From assembly GCA_030427365.1 (NCBI GenBank), contig JAUHWW010000004.1:1-50424 (forward strand): a DNA stretch of 50,424 nucleotides, in the 5' to 3' direction. This stretch comes from a bacterium (GTDB lineage Bacteria; Patescibacteriota; Saccharimonadia; Saccharimonadales; SZUA-47). Below, in pieces: positions 44,546-50,424 of this stretch. The translations under genes and the position numbers were made by a program. Positions within the stretch are counted from its first letter, which is position 1. Every line of letters begins with the position of its first letter. The notes under the pieces are model-generated. The model made no database searches. It saw only the letters and a list, made by a program, of their open reading frames with translations, and was not told the DNA's origin.

Positions 44546-44575
44546 AAAAAATGACCGTACCCATGGTCATTTTTT
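44546..44575. terminator. Bidirectional terminator
   Basis: AAAAAATGACCGT-ACCC-ATGGTCATTTTTT. Confidence 0.8.
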
Positions 44576-44593
44576 AGTATCGCTATGTGCTAC

Positions 44594-45055
44594 TTACTGT
44601 TCACTACTCTGAGTATCTTCAACCTCAGGCTGCGTTGCCTGTTCTTCTTGCGACTGGCGAAGCTGATCGGTGTTAACAATTGGTGCGATATTTATGATCT
44701 TCGTCTCGCTGGCACGATAAATAATAGCGCGCTGGGGATACAGAACCAGGTAATCACCGGCCTGGATGTTCTCATAAAAATCAGGGTTACTCTGCTTTAA
44801 AATCTCTGGATCTTCGACGCGAGCGACGGTTGGGTTTTCATCAGATAGCAATAATACCTGACCGAGACTGCCCACTACTTGCTGTGTTTCTTCAAGATTT
44901 CGTTGCTCGACAGCTTCAGTTGAATCTTCTCTCGCCTCTTGAGCCTCATTCCAGTAATAAACAGCTGCGAATAATGACCCAGCGACGATGACAAAGGCAA
45001 CAAGCCAAACCCAAACATGATTTTTAGATGTTTTTTGCTGTGGTTGTGTTTCCAT
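44594..45055 (-). CDS. Hypothetical single-TM protein
   Basis: N-terminal TM; PTVARVED...PDFYENIQAGDYLVLYP..AIIYR region. Confidence 0.8.
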   Translation of the reverse strand: METQPQQKTSKNHVWVWLVAFVIVAGSLFAAVYYWNEAQEAREDSTEAVEQRNLEETQQVVGSLGQVLLLSDENPTVARVEDPEILKQSNPDFYENIQAGDYLVLYPQRAIIYRASETKIINIAPIVNTDQLRQSQEEQATQPEVEDTQSSEQ

Positions 45056-45094
45056 TACTTCCCCTACTTATGTATACGTTAGCAGTATTGTACC

Positions 45095-46465
45095 TTATTT
45101 TGCTTCTGTCTGCTGACTGTTTTCGTACTCCATAAGCTGCCTTCCTCGGCGATAGGTTACGATACTAAAAGGCAGCAGCAGGAGCAGAAGATATGCACGC
45201 TCCCACGAGATATCAGATCCCGGGCCTCTCACAACACTCACGCTGAAGTACCGCGTAAGGTTGCAATCGCCCTGGACAAAACGCACGCTACCGTTGTAGC
45301 TACCTTCCTCTAAATAGCGATGCTGGTACGTTCTTGGGCGGGTTGCATCGTGATCAAATCGTTCATCAATGCTATCATCGCCCCACTGGATTGTAGCTAC
45401 CCCATCGCCGCTTGTTTGCAGCACATCGATTGGTACAGGCTCCCCGACCGATAGTTCCCAAAAACGATACTGGCTCAACGTAAACAACTGTTCATTACAT
45501 GCTGAGTTGATTCTAGTAAATGATAACGATAAGCTTCGTGACAGTACGCTGCACTCTCCATCAATACACGCTTCAAACGTCAGTGTGACCGGGCTATAGC
45601 GTGCCGTATACACAAACGACCATTTGCCGTTTGCATCTGCGATAATTGACCCATACTCTTGTCCATCTTCGTAGATAATTATCTGTGCATTGGGCAGCGA
45701 ACGCCCGCTTACAACGACTGAGTCACCATCGATTGTGCTTCCGTCCTCCGGACTCTCAGGAGTTGGTGGCGGCAAAACAACGGTTGGCGACGGCGTAAAA
45801 TCAGGCTGTTCAGCTGATGCATCCGCCGCAATGGTAAATGACTGCAGCTTAGAAAAGTTGCTCTCTGATCCCCCTTGCGCCACTTTTACTTTTGCCGTGT
45901 AGGCGCCTGGATTTAACGATGCAGCGGCTAAACGAAATTCAAAATAACCGTTAATACTGCTAGTAGTCGATCGCGTCTGAAGAGGAGAAAGTTCTAATGT
46001 CAACGGCGCATTAGGCAAACTGTAGCCACTTAAAACAACGTCACCAGTAGAAATCGTTGCAGCAGAACGTCGGCTAAGAGTCGGGGGCAACAAGAAATCG
46101 ATGGAGGTTGTTTGCTGCGGCGTAACACTCAGCTGACGGCTGACTCGCTGTGAAGTAACCGACTCCTGATCGTCGAACTGGGCTGAGACTGTCTTTACTC
46201 CAGGCGAACTAACAAAATTCGATGAAAAATACCCATTACTATCAGCAAGAACTGATGCTTTCAAGTTTGAACCGCTAAACACCTGCACCAGCGCATTGGG
46301 AGCCGCGTAACCAGTTGCTTCGATCCTCGTTTCCGGTATCGTCAGCTGCACAGGCTTGGATATCGTAGACGCGCTTGCAATCGATGGCAACGTTAACACA
46401 CATATAAAAGAAAACGCGATTGATACCCTTAGCACACGTTGCAACTGTACCCAGGCCCTACCCAC
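45095..46465 (-). CDS. Secreted Ig-like (Big)/PKD repeat protein with C-terminal TM
   Basis: Three repeats of the G-x-x-x-PNA...ADxNG-x-F/W pattern; WGDD PKD-like motif. Confidence 0.8.
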   Translation of the reverse strand: MGRAWVQLQRVLRVSIAFSFICVLTLPSIASASTISKPVQLTIPETRIEATGYAAPNALVQVFSGSNLKASVLADSNGYFSSNFVSSPGVKTVSAQFDDQESVTSQRVSRQLSVTPQQTTSIDFLLPPTLSRRSAATISTGDVVLSGYSLPNAPLTLELSPLQTRSTTSSINGYFEFRLAAASLNPGAYTAKVKVAQGGSESNFSKLQSFTIAADASAEQPDFTPSPTVVLPPPTPESPEDGSTIDGDSVVVSGRSLPNAQIIIYEDGQEYGSIIADANGKWSFVYTARYSPVTLTFEACIDGECSVLSRSLSLSFTRINSACNEQLFTLSQYRFWELSVGEPVPIDVLQTSGDGVATIQWGDDSIDERFDHDATRPRTYQHRYLEEGSYNGSVRFVQGDCNLTRYFSVSVVRGPGSDISWERAYLLLLLLPFSIVTYRRGRQLMEYENSQQTEAK

Positions 46466-46476
46466 AAACGTTCCTG

Positions 46477-47445
46477 CTACTCCTTCGGCTGGTCTTTACC
46501 GCGCAGGGCGTTGGCAGCTCGCTTCAGTCTATCGTTGAACTTTACCATAACGAAAATAATGATGCCGACCAGAAGAACAATCGGCACAATTGTTTGCCAT
46601 GGAATAAACGTCACACTCGTTGTCGCAACTCTAATTTCATCATTTTCACCATATACAAGGCTTAATGTTGCGGTGTAGCGACCAATCTGGAAGCCTTCTG
46701 GCTGCCATTCTGTTGTGAGTTGCCTGATAGAACTAGGCAAGACATTACGCCGCTCCACGTCGAGTTCGGCAACCTGGCTGCCGAACATGTTTTCAATTGT
46801 GATTTTTGCCGTTGGCTTAAAGTGAACATTGCCAGTGTTTTCAATACGTGAGTAGAACTGCACACTATCTTCGTTCGAATACACCGATTTTTCTGCTCGA
46901 AACTCTGCAATCTCAGCCGTTTCTGTCGTATCGCCTGCAATACGTACGAGTATTACCGGGGCAATCTCTTGACTTACGAGTGCATTCGCTGTGTCGTTTT
47001 CTGGCGGTACTGTTTGGAACACCACCGACCCAAAATGGCTGCCTGGCTCAGCTGTTTCTGGCACACTAATCGCCACTTCATAATCCTGCGTTTTTCCTGG
47101 TTCGATAGCGACAGATTCGCTGGGCGACACCACTATCCAATCTGCAAGCGAAAAATCAGTATCATCAACGGTCAGGTCAACAGCACCTTCCTCCCCACGC
47201 GGAGTGAAATTCTTTGGCGTGGTGACAACCTCAATTGAGCCGGCAGAAGCATTGGTTAAACGAAAGGTGTTCCTAATAGTCTCGCCGGGGTTCGCCGTTA
47301 CATCCAAGAGTTGTGGTGAAATACCAAGAGATACCGTATCTTGCGCATCAGTTTGCGCCGTAACCAAACGTAGCGGCAACAAACTAGCTGCAATAAGCAG
47401 CGAGGCAACTGCCCACCGCACAGTGCGATTTAATACTCTCCCCAT
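46477..47445 (-). CDS. DUF916-like (WxL-partner) protein with C-terminal TM
   Basis: GISP, LADWI, VPETAEPGSHFG, ENTGNVH, VLP and GRY motifs. Confidence 0.8.
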   Translation of the reverse strand: MGRVLNRTVRWAVASLLIAASLLPLRLVTAQTDAQDTVSLGISPQLLDVTANPGETIRNTFRLTNASAGSIEVVTTPKNFTPRGEEGAVDLTVDDTDFSLADWIVVSPSESVAIEPGKTQDYEVAISVPETAEPGSHFGSVVFQTVPPENDTANALVSQEIAPVILVRIAGDTTETAEIAEFRAEKSVYSNEDSVQFYSRIENTGNVHFKPTAKITIENMFGSQVAELDVERRNVLPSSIRQLTTEWQPEGFQIGRYTATLSLVYGENDEIRVATTSVTFIPWQTIVPIVLLVGIIIFVMVKFNDRLKRAANALRGKDQPKE

Positions 47446-47537
47446 ATATACCCTCTAGTCTAACCCGTTTACAGTCACCGGTGCAAGTTGACCATTAACT
47501 CTCAAAAAACAGTCACACGCGTAGGCGCATAGCCTTT

Positions 47538-48599
47538 TTAGTAAACGGAGGCAACTGTGTAAATGATCGTGGTTTGATACGTTCCAGCTGGCGTCGTCGT
47601 TGCAACTCCGACTTGATGTCCGACTCGTGTTGTCTCGGTACCGCTCGTTGCGGCGGTGTTATCGATAACCGGCTCGTTACTGGTAGTGAATCCAGCCCAG
47701 TTTGGACCACCGTTTGTAAACCGATCAGCGGTACCTGTTGTTAGTGAGCCGTCTTCTGTTGTGTAGCCCCATGATTCAGTCCCTGCTGCAGAAAACGCCG
47801 TTGGCGCGGCGTTTGTGCCTGTATGGTTCGCAATCGTGTCTGAGCCGTTACTCAAATCGCCGGTGTGACGAATGTAGACGGTGTAACCGTTTGTTGCATT
47901 TGTCGACACGTTGATGTCGTGTGCTGAGATACCATTTGCTGCAAAGGTAACGGCGTTACCGAAATCAATACCTGATGCAGTTGAATCGGCAGTTGTAGTG
48001 GCTCCGTTGACTAATTGAGACGCTGCGACCGAAGAACACGTGAACGTCAGAGTTGGGTCAATTGTCAGCTGTACCAATTCACCATTTTTGAAAACATATG
48101 CGACTGTTTGCTGGTCGACTTCATTGCCGCCCGTGCAAGAACTGTCGGTATAGCTGGTAAAGATTGCGTAATACGTTGTGCCTTCTGTTGCACCATTCGT
48201 GATGCCGCCAAACACAAAGTTACCGCTCGCATTTGGTGCTTCGTTTGTCGTGTTGTGAGTTAGCTCCAAAAGGCCGTTCGTTGTGGCATCAAGCGTCCAC
48301 TGACCAGTCGTAATCACTGTTGAACTCACGAGTGAAGCACCGGTGCTCGTACCAACTGCGGATCCGCTCCCGTCTGCTGCAGTGTTCAACTGCAACTGAA
48401 TACACGCGACAGGTGTTGCTGTCGTGAAGTTCTGCGCATCAAACGTATACGTGACGTTTGTCTGTGACGTACGTGGGTCAGAAAGCGTCAGCGAACTGTT
48501 AGTCAGTGCTCCAACTGGAATGGCAGGCAATACAAAGGCTGCTAGCAAGCCAGCAATGGCGATAATAGTTGTTAATTGCTTCGCGAGTACTTTTGTCAT
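47538..48599 (-). CDS. Secreted Thr/Ser-rich WxL-like surface protein
   Basis: Signal peptide; IDPTLTF, VSTNATNGY and terminal TPAGTYQTTIIYTV; GGAG RBS. Confidence 0.75.
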   Translation of the reverse strand: MTKVLAKQLTTIIAIAGLLAAFVLPAIPVGALTNSSLTLSDPRTSQTNVTYTFDAQNFTTATPVACIQLQLNTAADGSGSAVGTSTGASLVSSTVITTGQWTLDATTNGLLELTHNTTNEAPNASGNFVFGGITNGATEGTTYYAIFTSYTDSSCTGGNEVDQQTVAYVFKNGELVQLTIDPTLTFTCSSVAASQLVNGATTTADSTASGIDFGNAVTFAANGISAHDINVSTNATNGYTVYIRHTGDLSNGSDTIANHTGTNAAPTAFSAAGTESWGYTTEDGSLTTGTADRFTNGGPNWAGFTTSNEPVIDNTAATSGTETTRVGHQVGVATTTPAGTYQTTIIYTVASVY

Positions 48600-48712
48600 G
48601 TGTGTTTCTCCTAATTCTAAATTCCACCGGGAGCATACTAAACAAGTAATGCGCCCTTGTTTACCGTTAATAGTAGCTTATGCTTGTTTCAAGCGCAAGC
48701 TCTTTCCTGACG

Positions 48713-49642
48713 CTATCTTGTGGATACGGTCAATTCTTTGTACGCGCGTTTGATCCTCATGCGGTTGTGATAACTAAATGCAACCGCCCATACAATGAGC
48801 CCCGTCTGTAAAATTCTCGAAAGAGACGGTCCCACGAGCAGTGATTCTGCTGTCGACACCACTTGTTGTGAACGACTGCCACCTGTCAGATGCAGCCGTA
48901 CATCGTACCTGCCGCTCGCTAGTTCAGGCAACGGGAACGAAAAGATTCTCTCCGTTCCCGGAAGCAAGACCGCGGCCTGCAATGGTACGGTTATCTCATA
49001 ATCACTGTGCCGTTTTTTGAGCTTCACTTGAGGTGTTACAAGATTGTGCACATTCCCCGTGTTATGCACGCGAATGTCAACAACTTGGCCGATTGCTTGA
49101 TTTGCATAGAATGGAAATATGTGGCCGTCATCGGGCAGCGAAATTTGCTCGTTAATTTCACCTGGAACAGTCACAAGTACAGGAACGGTAATTTCTGGGA
49201 ATACCAGCCCAGCGCTGATCTGATTCGGCGACTCCAGTGCAAGAGACCGTAAGCTAAGCTGCGCGTAATAGCCGCCTGCCGCAGCTGAGAATGGAACCGT
49301 AACCGAAAATGTCAACTTCTTTGTCTCACCAGGTGCATATATCTCGGTGTCACTAGACACATCAATCCACTCACTTACATCGAAGCGTGTTATGACGCGA
49401 TCCTCAATCAAGGTACCTTCGATAATTGCCGCTTGCGGCTCAATACTAATTGGCAGTGCTTGCAGGCTACGATTCGTTATTTGCAGCGTTTTCTCGACAC
49501 GCTCACCAGCTGCGGCTGGTGCGTCGATAATTGCTGGTGAAACAGATAGCTCTATTTCAGGTTCTTGGGCAGAGACGCGAGCAGAACTGCAACATACAGC
49601 AGTAAGCAGACCTACTAGAACGAGTGACAACAAAACCTTCAT
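48713..49642 (-). CDS. Second DUF916-like protein
   Basis: SVSP, VSEWI, VPFSAAAGGYY, HNTGNVH, LLPG and GRY motifs; C-terminal TM. Confidence 0.75.
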   Translation of the reverse strand: MKVLLSLVLVGLLTAVCCSSARVSAQEPEIELSVSPAIIDAPAAAGERVEKTLQITNRSLQALPISIEPQAAIIEGTLIEDRVITRFDVSEWIDVSSDTEIYAPGETKKLTFSVTVPFSAAAGGYYAQLSLRSLALESPNQISAGLVFPEITVPVLVTVPGEINEQISLPDDGHIFPFYANQAIGQVVDIRVHNTGNVHNLVTPQVKLKKRHSDYEITVPLQAAVLLPGTERIFSFPLPELASGRYDVRLHLTGGSRSQQVVSTAESLLVGPSLSRILQTGLIVWAVAFSYHNRMRIKRAYKELTVSTR

Positions 49643-49660
49643 ATATTCCAGCTTACTACG

Positions 49661-50424
49661 CTAGTAACGAGCTGTCGCCTGAAATATGAGCGTTGTTTGA
49701 TAGGTGCCTTCCTCCTGTCCTGCGTCAGTCGTCACACGATGAGTTATCGTAAATTGCTCATTAGAAATAGGACTTCCGCTGACAGGACCAAGATTATCAG
49801 CCACTACATCACCAATACCGGTTGTGGCGAAGGGTGCAAAGCACGGCCCGCCGGTGCCGCCACCTGGACATGTTGCGGCATTGAACTTATTCACCCCGCC
49901 GACTAACGTGTCGCTTGATGTATAGCCCCATCCAGTATCGCCAGGCTCCCAGGTATCAGGCGCGGCGTACGTTCCTCCATCGAAGCCGCCGATCGTATCC
50001 AGCAGGGCGTTTTCGAGGCTGCCAGTAGCATACGCTCGAACTTCATAGCCATTACGGGCATTTGTACTAGTCGTTAGCACAGATGTTTTTGTGTCAGTAA
50101 AGCCGTTCCCGGGGTTCAGATTGCTGAACTCGATTCCCCCGCTGCTCGTCGAAGTCGAGAACGTTATAGTCGGTGCAACCTGCTGACCATCACTCGTTAC
50201 AATCGTCTGATTTCCCGCAACATCTGTCACACGCAAACTCACATAGTACACCGTGCTTGTTTCAAGAGTGAGGGGGTTAGCCAGCATACTCGTCGACGCG
50301 CCCACATTCGTCCAGTTTGCTACATCGACACCGCCAGGAGACGTCCCTATTGCATATTCATACGTCACAGAACAATCAGTCAGCGACCATTTACACTCCA
50401 GATACTCCCACAAACTTTCTCGCT
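49661..50424 (-). CDS. Large surface protein, 3' part (FN3-like plus WxL-like C domain); 5' end probably outside the window
   Basis: YEYAIGTSPGG...YYVSLRVTDVAGN, then PTITF, TSTNARNGY and GTYQTTLIFQATARY, paralogous to 47538-48599. Confidence 0.75.
   Translation of the reverse strand, partial: RESLWEYLECKWSLTDCSVTYEYAIGTSPGGVDVANWTNVGASTSMLANPLTLETSTVYYVSLRVTDVAGNQTIVTSDGQQVAPTITFSTSTSSGGIEFSNLNPGNGFTDTKTSVLTTSTNARNGYEVRAYATGSLENALLDTIGGFDGGTYAAPDTWEPGDTGWGYTSSDTLVGGVNKFNAATCPGGGTGGPCFAPFATTGIGDVVADNLGPVSGSPISNEQFTITHRVTTDAGQEEGTYQTTLIFQATARY

Noticed and set aside
1-50424. Alternative genetic code (TGA read as Gly, as in some CPR lineages)
   Set aside because: Conserved genes are full length under the standard code, and TGA ends several of them (e.g. 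mraY and the HAD phosphatase).

Overview
A gene-dense bacterial window using the standard genetic code. Gene content and style (mostly leaderless starts, scattered mur genes, an HTH-MurA fusion, LPxTG/PKD and WxL-like surface proteins, many orphans) best fit a Patescibacteria/Saccharibacteria-type (CPR) genome; this is inference. Housekeeping genes are pgk, pyk, DHFR, folD, folC, glyA, cls, a pgsA-like gene, murA/B/E, mraY and a murL-murD2 pair. There are seven tRNAs: Glu-TTC, Arg-TCG, Lys-CTT, Gly-TCC, Arg-TCT, His-GTG and Pro-TGG. Accessory blocks are a divergent VWA-MoxR-DUF58 cluster with surface proteins, a 7TM sensor kinase with an acyl-reductase-like enzyme, an acyltransferase and a receiver protein, and a WxL/DUF916-like surface cluster. 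The most striking signal is non-coding. An ~86-90 nt three-hairpin element (TGA-hairpin-GCAAG-hairpin-GGG-hairpin) with compensatory base changes occurs in five clear copies and one looser copy next to tRNA-Lys, tRNA-Arg(TCT) and tRNA-Pro. A divergent version lies next to tRNA-Glu. The copies sit inside partial duplicates of the neighbouring tRNA; in the four best-conserved junctions they replace exactly 2 nt, and fold-back inverted tRNA sequence accompanies them. No transposase, integrase or nuclease for it is present in the window. All protein calls are from motif recognition by eye, not database searches.
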